A stretch of DNA of 62,851 nucleotides, counting the filler, from Octopus bimaculoides (Eukaryota), in the NCBI RefSeq assembly GCF_001194135.2. It is 5 parts of 5 records of this genome, joined end to end, with 100 filler letters (N's around TTAATTAATTAA, not from the genome) between each part and the next. Parts side by side here need not be neighbours in the genome. Positions count along the whole stretch, not along the records: positions 1 to 18,599 come from NC_068992.1; 4 more parts are not named here. The stretch is one strand, 5' to 3'. Below, piece by piece: positions 1 through 12,574 of the stretch (the stretch's first letter is position 1; each line of letters opens with the position of its first letter). Below the pieces are notes generated by a model, which saw nothing but the letters and a program-made list of their open reading frames with translations, was not told the origin of the DNA and ran no database searches. Position numbers and translations under genes: made by a program.

Positions 1-825
1 TATATATATATATATATATATATATTAAATATATACTTTTATAAAACAAATTTTACAAAATATATAGTATCTGTTAACAGTCTTAGCCAAAAACTCACAG
101 TTGAGTTTTTGTATATATATATGTATACATGTCTCTTAAAGGATAGAGCTCAAAATCAATGCATTGAAGATACTTTATTGCAGCAACAATTATAATAACA
201 GAAACAACCACAATAAGCCAAACCTTATATTATACTTATATTATAATTTTATCAAAGATTTCTTACTGAGTTCAATCTCCGAACGGGATAAACTTTTAGT
301 TTAGAGACTACGGGAGATGTTGGGAAAATATCGCTTTATTTGCGAAAGGAGAAAGAAGTACACAAGGTCTGTTATTTGGGCTGAGTCAGTGGAGCCCATT
401 GTTATAGCGTAAGTCTGAGGATGTGTTTCGAGTCCAGTTATTATCGTTAAAATTGATTAGAGTTTTTTCTAGCTGCCAAAATTAGTTCTATATCAGATAC
501 AGAAATTGTTGCCTAGTTTCGAACAAAGGTTAATGCTTCATCAAATAGGATGGGGGGAAATTGATGCATAGTGAGGAGATATATCAAATTAATGAAATTA
601 ATGTTTGTCGTTAAGGGAGGAAGACCATGCGATTACGTCACCAGTAGAATTCCAAAGGAGTGGGGCTCTACATTATCCTTGATTCAATAATTGCCCAAGT
701 CAGATTTAGTGGGACAGATTAACCGGATTGAGGGTTTAGATTAAAAATTGGGCTTATGGTACTTCAGAATAAAATGAGGGGTTCTGCGTGCGTATCGATC
801 TGTTCTATTCAATAGGACTAAATCC

Positions 826-1262
826 GCTATATGTGTATATATCTGTATAATCCGATATGTATGTATGTATGTGTATATACGTATGCATATATGTGTGTAT
901 GTACGTGTATATATGTATATATGTGTGTATATATGTATGTCTATATATTTATGTATATATGTATGCATGTATGAATGTGTATATATGTATGTAGGTATAT
1001 ATACTCATGTATATACGTATGTACTTATGTATGGATGTGTGTAAACGTATGTGTATAGGTGTATGTATGTATATATCTATGTATGTATATATGTATGTAT
1101 GTAAGTACGTATGTTTATATACGTATATATATGTATGAGTTTATAAGTATGTATTTATGTATGTATATGTATTTACATATGTATGTATATGTATATACAT
1201 ATGCATATATGTGTATATACATATGTATATATGTGTATATATGTATATATACGTATGTATTC
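826..1262. repeat. Compound (TA)n/(TATG)n/(TG)n microsatellite
   Basis: Directly visible; source of the spurious YI/CV/HT-rich ORFs. A similar tract lies at about 1650-1878. Confidence 0.95.
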
Positions 1263-1646
1263 TTTTATTCTTTTTCTTTTACGTATTTCAGTAATTTGAG
1301 TGCAGCCATGCTGGGGCACCTCCTTTAGTCGAGCAAATCGAGAGCCGGGACTTATTCTTTGTGAGCCTAGTACTAATTCTATCGGTGACTTTTGCCGAAC
1401 CGCTAAGTTACGGGGGTCGTAAACACACCTGCATCGGTTGTCAAGCGATGTTGGGGTGGGTCAAACTCAGACATACAAACATACAACCCACCACACATAC
1501 ACGACGGGTTTTTTCAGTTTCCATTTATCAAATCTACTCACAAGACTTTGATTGGCCCGAGGCTATAGTAGAAGACACTTACCCAAGGTGAACCCGGAAC
1601 CATGTGGTTGGGAAGCAAGCTACTTACCACACTGCCACTCTGCGCC
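1263..1646 (-). mobile_element. tRNA-derived SINE, family C (CORE-like), near full length
   Basis: Reverse complement matches the plus-strand copy at 57357-57780: tRNA-like head, CCTTGGG(C/T)AAGTGTCTTC segment, and tail GGTGCCCCAGCATGGCTGCA. Confidence 0.85.
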
Positions 1647-1989
1647 TATAATGTATGTATGTGTATATACGTATGTATATGTATGTATGCTTATATATGT
1701 ATGTATATATGTATGTGTATATACGTATGTACATACACATACATACATAATACATACATACATACATACATATGTATGTTTTTATGTATGTCTATATGCG
1801 TATGTATATATTTATGCATGTAATGTGTACATACGTATGTATATACAGATACATGTATACATACACACATACATACATTTTCACCTGATATAAGCCTGGA
1901 ATTTGGCTAAAAGAAATGTTCATAATTGGTTATAGAACGAGGAAAGTCAGTCTCTCAAACCCAAAACCTGAGCATCAACGATCTCTCTA

Positions 1990-2885
1990 TCTACCCCATT
2001 CCACACAAAGAATGTTACAAGTACCTAGACATTGACGAAAATATATCATGTGAGGGTACTGTGAATGAAGATAGTGACCCGAGAATATCAAACCAGACTT
2101 AGGAAAATATAGCAGTATCCCACAAAACAATATCCCACAATGTATTTGCAGTGCCAGTGCTGATCCCAAAATTTGGGATACTTGATTGGTCTCTAGAGTA
2201 AATCCACTCCACAGATATCAAAACCCGCAAAATCCTGACAACGACTGGAAACTTCCACAGAAACAGTGACGTTGAAAGGCTAAGAAGAAATGTAGGTGGT
2301 AGAGGCCAGAGATCAGTGCAGACAGCCTTCGAATGCTGTATAGTATCATTCAGGCAGCACCTGCTGAGCAACAGCAGCAAAAATAAATACATAAATGCGG
2401 TACTGAAAAGCGAAGTGAGCAACATCGTACGAGTTGGTATTGAGCTCCTCAAAAATCACTCTCTTCTTGATGATCTCCTATACAGCCCCAAAACAGCTGG
2501 GGTCCCTTACCTCAGAAAAGACCTGGATGGAAAGCACTCAGTATACAAAAAATAAAAAAAACTATGCATGGGTATGTTGCCCAGAAGCCTGAAGAATACA
2601 GTAGAATTGATACGAAGCACAGCATCTCTTGGACACAAAACCACTACATCACATTACGTTTTGAAGGCTATGCGTTGGCAATTCAGGAACAGGAAATTGC
2701 CACAAAGTACCTGGTGAACAAGAGAGGCAGTTCTTGTAATGCCAAGGTGCAACCGCATGTGTAGGCTATGTCATGTTTCTGTGGAAGATATCACACATGT
2801 GATTTGCAGCTGTCCTCAAATGTCGTCACGGTACTACCTCCCTATGCGGCACGATGTTGTCACTAAAACAATTTACTCACAAAAA
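1990..2885 (+). mobile_element. Decayed R4/Dong-like (RLE-type) non-LTR retrotransposon fragment, end of RT to CCHC knuckle
   Basis: Conceptual translation gives YKYL (RT domain 7-like), DIKTRKILTTTGNFHRNSDVERL..GGRG, EGYALAIQEQEI and RLCHVSVEDITHVICSCP..Y..RHD, with stops and frameshifts. Confidence 0.85.
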
Positions 2886-3270
2886 GGACTGTCCTGAAAT
2901 AAACTTAGAAAATGATACTTATATTTTTAAACATATAATAACTCTTCTATTTAATTGAAGTTATTGATATAAAAAAGATTGTTTAAAGTAACCAATAAAA
3001 AAGATTGTTTAATGTAACTAATAACAAATGTTCTTTATTTATTGTTTATCGGAGAGAGAATTCCGTAATAACGAAGATAAATTTAGAGCTACAAACACTA
3101 TAACATAAATACCCCATTACTGTCGTCACTGATATACAGTTATGCCAAACCACGACACCACGTGACCTTCCTCGACCAATCACAGCCCACCTTACGGTAA
3201 TAACAATCAACTTCAACAATCAACAATCAGCTCTCGGAGTGCCAATGAATTTGAATCAAACTGTTTTGAT

Positions 3271-3272
<2 letters not shown>

Positions 3273-3312
<40 letters not shown>

Positions 3313-3342
3313 CATGATACGATATGATATGATATGATATTG
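3273..3342. repeat. (TA)n followed by (GATAT)n
   Basis: Directly visible. Confidence 0.9.
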
Positions 3343-4146
3343 ATAACATTTCTCTCCTGATGTTCCTTTGTAGGAATCAAATATATGAAATTCTGGGAAA
3401 TTTCTCACAGATTCATGCTCCAGACAAAATGGTTAAGCTGTCCGTTAGAGAAGGCTTATAGTATTCAATTACAACCCTTAACGTTTTGCATTCGAATCCT
3501 GCTGGGGTCAGCTTAGTCTTTCATAGTACCGAAGTCACTAAAATAAGATGCCAGTCAAATACTGTGGCCGATTAAATATCCCGGTAAATGGTCCTCAGAG
3601 TGATTGAAATTATAATAAGTCTTTTGTTCAGCACCAATAAATGCTTATCTATAGATTGATTGAAAATATTTCGAAATCGGTTTCGTAGTTAATTTTTGAA
3701 TGACAATGGCACAGTTTATGGATAAGTCAGGACTCCTGACATTGTGTTATATTCTGAGTTAAGTCCTGTCTTGGCAACCAAGACTCTTTTCTATTTCTAT
3801 CATATTCTACAGATTTGACAAACGTCAGAATTCACAGTATCAATGTATTGCTTTAGAAAGTTTTAGTTCATAGATAACAGACTATCATTCATACGAGTGT
3901 ATACATGTCGCTAGTTTCGTATCAGTGACTAATCTTTCCTGATCGCAATTACAATCTACTTTCTCACGCATAAATAGCTTTTGTTTTCTTACACATAAAT
4001 AATTCCGTCAGGTTTTACTCAACTATGCTTAAAGATTTTATGAAAACCTTGCATCTCTGGTGGATGCCTTGGTATGGATAGCCAAATCGGGTCTCCTAAT
4101 ATGTAAAAATCGCCAAAAATTACCAATCGTAATGGATAAAAATAGT

Positions 4147-4195
4147 TGATATGAGTCTTGATATGAGTCTTGATATGAGTCTTGATATGAGTCTT
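4147..4195. repeat. 12-bp tandem repeat (TGATATGAGTCT) x4
   Basis: Four perfect units visible. Confidence 0.95.
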
Positions 4196-4907
4196 CTATA
4201 ACTCATTATCACACACACACACATGCACAATTATACTTGGCTTTTATTATACAGAATCGATTTTTTTCTGAAGTTTGATAGATATTTTCACAATGACATG
4301 CCTGATAAATACCATGGATAATATGCTTCCTGATCAGTGGATATCACTTTTAAAAATTTCTCTTCATATGTCAGTGACGTAACTGAAATGCAAGATTAAA
4401 TCTGCTTAATCGTTCGTCCGTTATACTTTAGTTAGTTAGAGAGATGGAAGGGGAGTGAGTGAGAGGTGGTGTAAAAGTGAGAGACGGAGGGGAAGAAATG
4501 TGAGTAGAGAATAATACACTATGGTCGAATGCATCCCGTGGTTAGCTGAGGGAAGAGGCGAAGAGCGAGAGAAAAAGACGGTGAGAAACAAGTGGGAGAG
4601 AGAAGAGTTAATGACGTGCTGTAGGGTGGAGAGATGAAGAAAAAGACAGAAATGTTAAAGACATGAGGAGGGGAATTACGTGGTTAAAAAGTTTGTTGAA
4701 GAGGTAGAGAGAAAGAAATATAAAGTGCTTGGGAGAGTGAAATTTTAAAATTATATATCTTATTGTGACTGGAAGTGAAGTAACTTAGCAAAAGAAAAAT
4801 GAAAATCATCCTTTCTTTCTTAAATAGCTTCTTCTCTCAATCTTTTTCATTTCGAGGAACTTCCACAGGTTCCAGTTTCATCGTCTAGCCAGAATTTTAC
4901 TGTCATT

Positions 4908-5545
4908 AAGGCGGCGAGCTGGCAGAAACGTTAGCACGCCGGGCGAAATACTTAGCGGTATTTCGTCTGACTTCAAATTCCGTCGAGGTCGACTGTGCCT
5001 TTCATCCTTTCGGGGTCAATAAATTAAGTACCAGTTACGCACTGGGATCGATGTAATCGCCTTAATCCCGTTGTCTGTCCTTGTTTGTCCTCTCTATGTT
5101 TAGCCCCTTGTGGGCAATAAAGAAATAAGAAACGTTAGCACGCCGGGCGAAATGCTTAACGGTATTTCGTTTGCCGCAACGTTCTCAGTTCAAATTCCGT
5201 CGAGGTCGACTTTGCCGTTCATCTTTTCGGGGTCGATAAATTAAGTACCAGTTACGCACTGGGGTTGATATAATCGACTTAATCCATTTGTCTGTCTTTG
5301 TTTGTCCCCTCTGTGTGTAGTCCTTTGTAGGCAATATAGAAATAAGAAACGTTAGCACGCCGGGCGAAATGCTTAGCAGTATTTCGTCTGTCTTTATGTT
5401 CTGAGTTCAAATCCCGCCGAAGCCGACTTTGCTTTCATCCTTTCAGGGTCGATAAATTAAGTATCAGCTGCGTACTGGAGTCGATCTAATCGACTGGCCC
5501 CACCCTCCCCAAAAATTTCGGGCCTTGTGCCTAGAGTAGAAAAGA
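4908..5545 (+). mobile_element. Head-to-tail trimer of tRNA-derived SINE family B
   Basis: Unit 1 starts AAGGCGGCGAGCTGGCAGAAACGTTAGC; units 2 and 3 restart at AGAAACGTTAGCACGCCGGG. B-box GAGTTCAAAT in units 2 and 3; shared core TTCATC(C)TTTC(G/A)GGGTC(G/A)ATAAATTAAGTA(C/T)CAG. Confidence 0.92.
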
Positions 5546-6764
5546 ATTTTGCTGTTCTTGTTTGAACCAATAACTATCTCAGCCACTGTTCAAACATGTT
5601 CAACGTATAGTCGGTCAGTTTTTCAGGTATAATGATAGATTTATCGTGGCTCAACATTTACTTTTCTGATCACTTCGTGAAAATTATCACATATTTTTTT
5701 TCAATTGTTTAAACTATTTCTAATGCCCACAAGCCAACGAGAGAACCTCTGCATAATCGATTGACCTGCAAGTAATAGCACCCAAATTTCCTTGGAATCA
5801 CACTCTCTTACGTTTAAAAAGAAAAGACACGTTACACATTGTAGTCCTAGATGTACAAAAAGATGGTCATAACTAGAAGCCTTTTGATTACATGCCTGCG
5901 TGATCAAAGCTGACTTAAGGCTAAATAAAATTTAACAACCGCACCGCAGTGAACCCTTCAAAATTTCGTAATCTATTCGGTTGTTTCTTAATCTGTTTTA
6001 TTTCATAATCCGTTTGGTTTTGTGTCAGATTGTAGCATCAATAAATAAGTGAATGGATTATAAACTGAATGACGCATGCAAATATTCTCAGTTAATTGAA
6101 GATTTCCTCTTGGCTGGAGAAAGAAAGCAACCTGATGCTCAGATGTAACCGATCTCCATCACTCACTGCTGTTGTCAAAGTCCATTCTTGCCTTTCAGCA
6201 GTGTGCGTGCACACACGTTATATAATCAGCGTACAAAAGAAATTATTGTGCGCTCAAGAAATTGCTATACGCACAAGAGGTTAGTCGCCGGAAGTAAAGT
6301 AGTAATCAATAATTATATTTATTATAAATTCAGTTCACAAATGTCAGAGGAAAAATTTTGCCCAACATAGAGTTTTGCACACATTGACTTCTACAACATC
6401 GAAAATTTTACTCTTCCCACTAAAGCTTGAACGCCACGTTTCGTATTTCGCATTCCATTAAAATACGGAATCTACTTTGAAATTTGAAAGAAAACTGTAC
6501 AAATGTGATAAGTAAAGTCACTTGTTTGACTTATTTAATGTTCATGTTTTCTCAAGAACATTAATTATGGATAGGGCAGCAACAATTGAAAGTTGCTCAC
6601 ATAGAATTTATCATTCGCATTTTGAGGACAGCAGCTTTATAATTGATGAAAATTTAGTGATGACGAAGAAGTCCAAATTATTAGAGCGGTGGTATCCTTT
6701 TAGATCGAGGATGATGGTCCTTGTTTTTTGTTTTGTTTTGGTTTTGCTTTTTTTTATAGTTATT

Positions 6765-7310
6765 GACGGATTCTGAAGTGACTGATGAGTTCAATTCTTA
6801 CTCAGAAGTTCCTTCCACAAGTGGGACAGGTTCCTTCTTAGTTTTTGTCTGTCTTTTATGCACCTCCTCTTTTCTTCTTGCTCGGCAGTCGTTCTGGTCT
6901 CAATATCTGTTAGTCCTTCTTTGATGAGGGATTCTCAGTGTTCTCAGTTCTGAGTATTTCTCTCCCAGTTCTCAGTGTCAATATTACATTTCTTATAAGG
7001 CGGCGAGCTGGGAGAAACGTTAGCACGCCGGGCGAAATGCTTAGCCCTATTTCGTCTGCCGTTACATTCTGAATGCAAATTCCGCCGAGGTCGAATTTAC
7101 CTTTCATCCTTTCAGGGTCGATTAAATAATTATCAGTTACGCACTGGGGTCGATGTAATCGACTTAATCCCTTTGTCTGTCCTTGTTTGTCCCCTCTATG
7201 TTTAGACTCCTGTGGGCAATAAAGAAATAAATATTACATTTCTTGAAGTTGGGCTTCAGAACATCTTAATTTTTTTCTTTTGCCCTCCTCTTCTTCAGTC
7301 GGGAGTACAG
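6765..7310 (-). mobile_element. Decayed 3' end of an RTE-clade LINE, interrupted by a SINE
   Basis: With the SINE removed, the minus strand gives DVLKPNFKKCNIDTENWE...LIKEGLTDIETR...CPTCGRNF*VRIELISHFR, the typical RTE C-terminus. Confidence 0.75.
6995..7229 (+). mobile_element. SINE family B, full length, with 15-bp TSD
   Basis: Perfect direct repeat AATATTACATTTCTT at 6980-6994 and 7230-7244. Confidence 0.95.
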
Positions 7311-8522
7311 AAGCAGATGTCCGAATTATCAGGGTACCAAGCAATCAACTGAACAGTCGATATTTCGAATCATAATCCCGACGTTGTACTGTGTTCATGA
7401 GCAAAGATACTTAACGCGCAAGAAGCCAATTTGTCTGGTTGTAAAGAATATTGGAATGGTAATTTGTTTCACCATAGTAAGCCATAAGAGTTCGTAATAA
7501 AAAAGACAATAATAAAAAAAAACCTACAGTAGACTAGAATGATATAAAGTAGGTGCAAAGAGAAGTTTGTATTTTGTCAATTTAATGTTACAATACTAAA
7601 CATTGCAATAGAGTGGTTCGGCAGTGCTTACCTTAAATCAGAAATAATTAACTATTAAGAAAAATCACTTGGAATACAGTAGTGACATATCTGAAATAAA
7701 GACATGTTTAGTCTTTATCATTTATTATAATATTTCTAGAACAATATGATCGTTCAATAGAGGAAGTAGAAGAATAATAAATTAATTTCTTTTTTTTTTT
7801 TAATTGAACGTTTTATCGAATGACATTTGTTATGCTACGTGGAGGACATCGTTTTGTTTGTTGCGTTACGTATGATCAGATTCAAAGATAGGTGAAAATA
7901 TATGAAATGTTATAAAGTGCCTTTACCTATTATGTCTAGGTATGTTGTGTAGTTATGTTATATAGATAAACCTTCCATGAGAAATAGTGAAAGTAATATT
8001 AAACAGAAAAACAAACAAAAGTTGAACAACGTGCTGATATGGTTTCAGATAATTGAATTAAACAGTCTAAATTAAGTTTTTTTTTTGGCAGCATCAGAAA
8101 TATTCGTCTTAATAACACCACAACCAGCAACATCAACAATAACAACAACAAATACGGGAAAGGGAATCTGTCAAAAGTAACAGAATATATATGCAGCTTC
8201 AGAACTAATTATCTATCGTTATCTCTCCATCCATCTAATTAATCTTATTACACATGCACACACACGCGCACACATACATACATGAACACAATCACATTCT
8301 GTTTGTGTGGGTGTAAGAACATTTATAAATATATACATATAAATATGTATGTCTGTATGTATGTATGTATGTATGCATGTTTGTATGTATTATTCATGTG
8401 TGTGTGCGTATGCTTGTGCGTGTTTTGTGTACGTGTGTGCGCGTATGTGTGTGTGTGGTTCTGTTTGTGTGTGTGTATACGTAATAGGAAAAGTACCAGG
8501 CGTTGCCGAAGTACTGCAACAT

Positions 8523-8690
8523 TTTTTAGCAAATTTTATGTCGCACTTTTTGTATTAAGTTATATTTGCGTTAATCCCGCCGAGGTCGACTTTGCCTTTC
8601 TTCAGGGTTGATAAAATAGCTGTCATGTATTGGGATCGATATAACCGACTAGCCCCCTCCACCAAAATTTCAGACCCTATAGTAGAAAGG
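8523..8690 (+). mobile_element. Degenerate SINE family B copy
   Basis: Contains CCGCCGAGGTCGACTTTGCCTTTC..GGGTTGATAAAA core and tail remnant. Confidence 0.7.
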
Positions 8691-8784
8691 AAATGCAGTT
8701 ATACCTTTTATAAGGTACATGCTGTCTAAAGTTGAACCCTTCCAAGTTTTTATATGGGATACTTTTACGACTGTGTTTATAAGT

Positions 8785-8997
8785 AATCCTTTCTACTGCA
8801 GGCACAAGGCTTGACATTTAGGGGACGGGGATAGCCGATTACATTGACTCCAGTTTCACTGGTACTTAATTCATCGACCCCGAAAGGATGGAAAGCAAAA
8901 TCGACCTTGGTGGAATTTGAACTTAGAACGTAGCGACGGGCGAAATATTGCTTAGCATTTCGTCCAACGCGCTAACGATTCTACCAACTCGCCGCTT
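8785..8997 (-). mobile_element. SINE family B copy (second tail type)
   Basis: Reverse complement of head (AAGCGGCGAGTTGGTAGAATCGTTAGC), core, and tail GCCTTGTGCC..AGTAGAAAGGATT. Confidence 0.85.
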
Positions 8998-11900
8998 TAC
9001 TCTGTTTGTAAATAATTTCAGTTTTAAGATCTAAGAAAAGGCAATCTTTATGTTTTGGTTTATATATTTTCTAGTAATTCTAAATAAATAAGCAGCACAT
9101 AAGACCGAAACAATACTAACAAAACAGTCTTTTATTTGATTACAACTATGGAGTAGAAAACAGGTTTTGTTCTGAAGTCTAGTGTTCTCCTGAAAAGCTA
9201 TTTGTATGGCCCAGCAAGCAACTCAGACGTGATCAGGATAGTAACACAGACTTGGCAATTCAACTCCCCCAATCTTGAAGAATTGCTCCCGAAACTAGTT
9301 GACGATCATAGAAGAGACTGTTAAAGAAGTCTGAAGGTACTTGAACTGGGATAGCAGATTTCTAGAATGCATAGATTGAAAATATCTCTCTTGGTGCAAC
9401 CAGTCATTGTGGTTTGTAAAAATTCTGTAGCAAAATAATACTCGTTCTTATATTTACAGATTGCAAAAAGGGACAGAAGTAAATTGAAAATAATTGCAAC
9501 TTTTTGGTGTAGCTAACAGCAACGTTAATGTGAACATCAATGTGAACTGTCTTGTACCATCTGGATTGGATTGGTACCGGTTGAATGATGTTGGCTTGCA
9601 AATTCTCCCATATCCTTAAAACTAGTATTCTAGACCAGCAAACAACAATAGAAAACGCACACATTTACAGCGTAAACAACATATTTTCCGATATCGACGG
9701 AAGATCAGACATTTTTGAAGAAACTAGATACGTAGAAGGTATAAACAGAACCAGGATAGAAAAAAATGCTAAAAATAAAATACATCATCTATATTTAAGA
9801 GACAAAAAACAATATGATACTATAGTTTGATGCTGCATCAGGTTTAAACTCCCACATTGCTTGTCGTTAAACAAAACAAAAACACCACCAAAGAACCTAG
9901 ATGTCATCCTTGAAATATTACCTCTAAACACGCGAATGTTCTAGAATTATTACAAGTTGAATGAACTCTTAAACAGTTCTTATTTTGCAGCTCATTGCAC
10001 AATAATCCCACCACTATGCACTTTCGTTCATCATAACAGAACTTGATCGTGTATAGTAAGCTGTGTATTTCTGACACATAGTAGTAAAACATCCTTGGAT
10101 AGTACAATATCCTAAAAGAATCACCGTCTCTCCCATTCAGCCCGGTCAAGAAGAACATGTGCACAGAGAAATAGTTGCATCATCAATAACCTCACTAGCT
10201 CCAGATCCCGTGGGCCACAAAGTTATAGTATCATATTGTTTTTTGTGCAATCCAAAATGACTGCTTTTTTATTTTGTAACAATTTTACTCGTCTATTGAA
10301 TGGTTTAACGAAGATTATAAGTTTAATTAAAATTGTTGATAATATATTCACAAAAGTATAACAATATTATTTACAAAACATTGAAAGATTAAAATGATAT
10401 AACGTTTTTAACAGCCTACTCTTGTTTTAATTTTCTAATCACTCTTTCCTCGTTTATCATTCCAGTTAGTGTGAAAAGCACCTCATCTTTCCATTCACTT
10501 TCATTTTACTGATTGTGCTACCATTATTTTTCTTTCAGCCTTCTCTGATCTTACATCTCATTAGCGTGGCACGTCTCAAAGTTGCACACTGCTAATTACA
10601 ATATGAAGATACTTGTAAAATTAAATCAGTAAGATACTTGACACGACGATTTAAATTGTAAAAGTCATAACTATTGTATAAGTTAAAATAAAATTTTACG
10701 TCCATATTCTAATAATAATTGAATATTGAATACTGAATAATCAGCAACATTTAAGCAGTTCTGATTCTTTAAATTACATTTTCCTGATCATCTTGCCGAC
10801 TGTAGCAAAAAGGTATCATTAAAAAACATTCTTTCCTGAAAAATTTAAGCAATTACTTCGTAAACTGAAATATATCAAAAGCTGTATAATATTTCAACAG
10901 AAAATCTTTTCCTTTCAATGTATCCATTTATAATTCATTACTAAAAAAAAAACACTGAGCAAATGATTTAGATTTAGTAGTGATCTCTAATAAATATATA
11001 TTTTACATTGAGACAAAATGTGTGAGTTCATCCATTTTCAGTATTTTAAGCAGTAAATGTTTTCATTTTCCGAAATGAACAGAATAATGGAGACAAACAG
11101 CGTCTCATACATTATCGCAACATAGTTTATATGAATAATAGATAAGAAAGGCAGCAGTAACGAACATATTTACTTGTCCGTTTGAGGAAAGTAGATAAAC
11201 TGTAAGTATCGCGTTTATCACTGAGAAACACTCGCCTTCATTCAAAAATATGTATAAACTCTTTACAAACTGTACCATCCATGGCACATGACGATTTTTA
11301 CATCATTAAATATGTAATGATTTTGCCTGTACAACAGATGGTATTCCAAAAACAGATTTAAGAATTTGTTTATTTTTCAGTTGCATTGATTCAAAAGACA
11401 AATATTTCCTGTACAGTGCAAGCCCCAAAATGTCTGCCCTCTCTTAGTATAAAGCAATCAAATTCAGTCCTACATTATTCTCTGAAATAGTTAATATACA
11501 TTTAGGATGCTCAGGTCCAGACATTTTTGTTTTAAATCATTATTTGATGATCCGACTAGCTTCTGAATTTTTGCGTATACAGAATCATTTCTCCGTTCAA
11601 CAATGAAAAAAAACGTACCATCAAAGGCATTCTAACCGTAGCCATCCTATCCTTTAAGGGCAAAAATGAATCCTAGACAATATTAATTTATGTCACCCCT
11701 TTAAAAAAAACAGTTAATGTAGCTCATAACAGTCCCACTCAAGTGATTTTCAAACACATTATTTGGTGATCCTAATCAATGTTCACCTTTTGCTCATAAA
11801 GGATTATTCAAATTGTTTTAATATTAATTTTTATTGTTGAAAGATAGACATGAAATGTTATAAAGAGAACTCGCGTTAGTCGGTGAACATTCCAGAAACA

Positions 11901-12574
11901 CGTTAACGTAATTCACGAGGGAAAAATCAGGCGTCACACAGTGCTTGATAAGGTTTGACCTTTCAATATGACATGCGTGCGCGTATTCTTGGTGGATAAC
12001 ATAGTAGCACATCATCCCTCCACCGTCTCACATACTATTTCGCAGGTAACCGAGTAAATATAAATTTTAGCCTTTTTTCTAATTCATGCATATATATTAT
12101 TCTTTCTTACGAAATATATAGAACTGCTTAAGAAGTGCTCGGGTCGGACACAATACAAAAGATAAGAATTAAAAAATAAACTCAAATTCGACAATCAATT
12201 TTTTTATACATACTTATGCAGTTATAAANNNNNNNNNNNNNNNNNNNNNNNNNNNNNNNNNNNNNNNNNNNNNNNNNNNNNNNNNNNNNNNNNNNNNNNN
12301 NNNNNNNNNNNNNNNNNNNNNNNNNNNNNNNNNNNNNNNNNNNNNNNNNNNNNNNNNNNNNNNNNNNNNNNNNNNNNNNNNNNNNNACAGTATAAAAAAT
12401 ATAAATATATGTAAATATACATAAAAATACATGTAAATACAGTCCATGTAGGATATATAGATGGAAAAAAGTGTGAGAAAAGAACTGCTAAAAATTTGTT
12501 TCCGTACTAAAATTAAGAGCGGTTAAGAGTTTCTATTAAAAGGTCCATAAAATTCAATCCATTTTTTTGACGTT

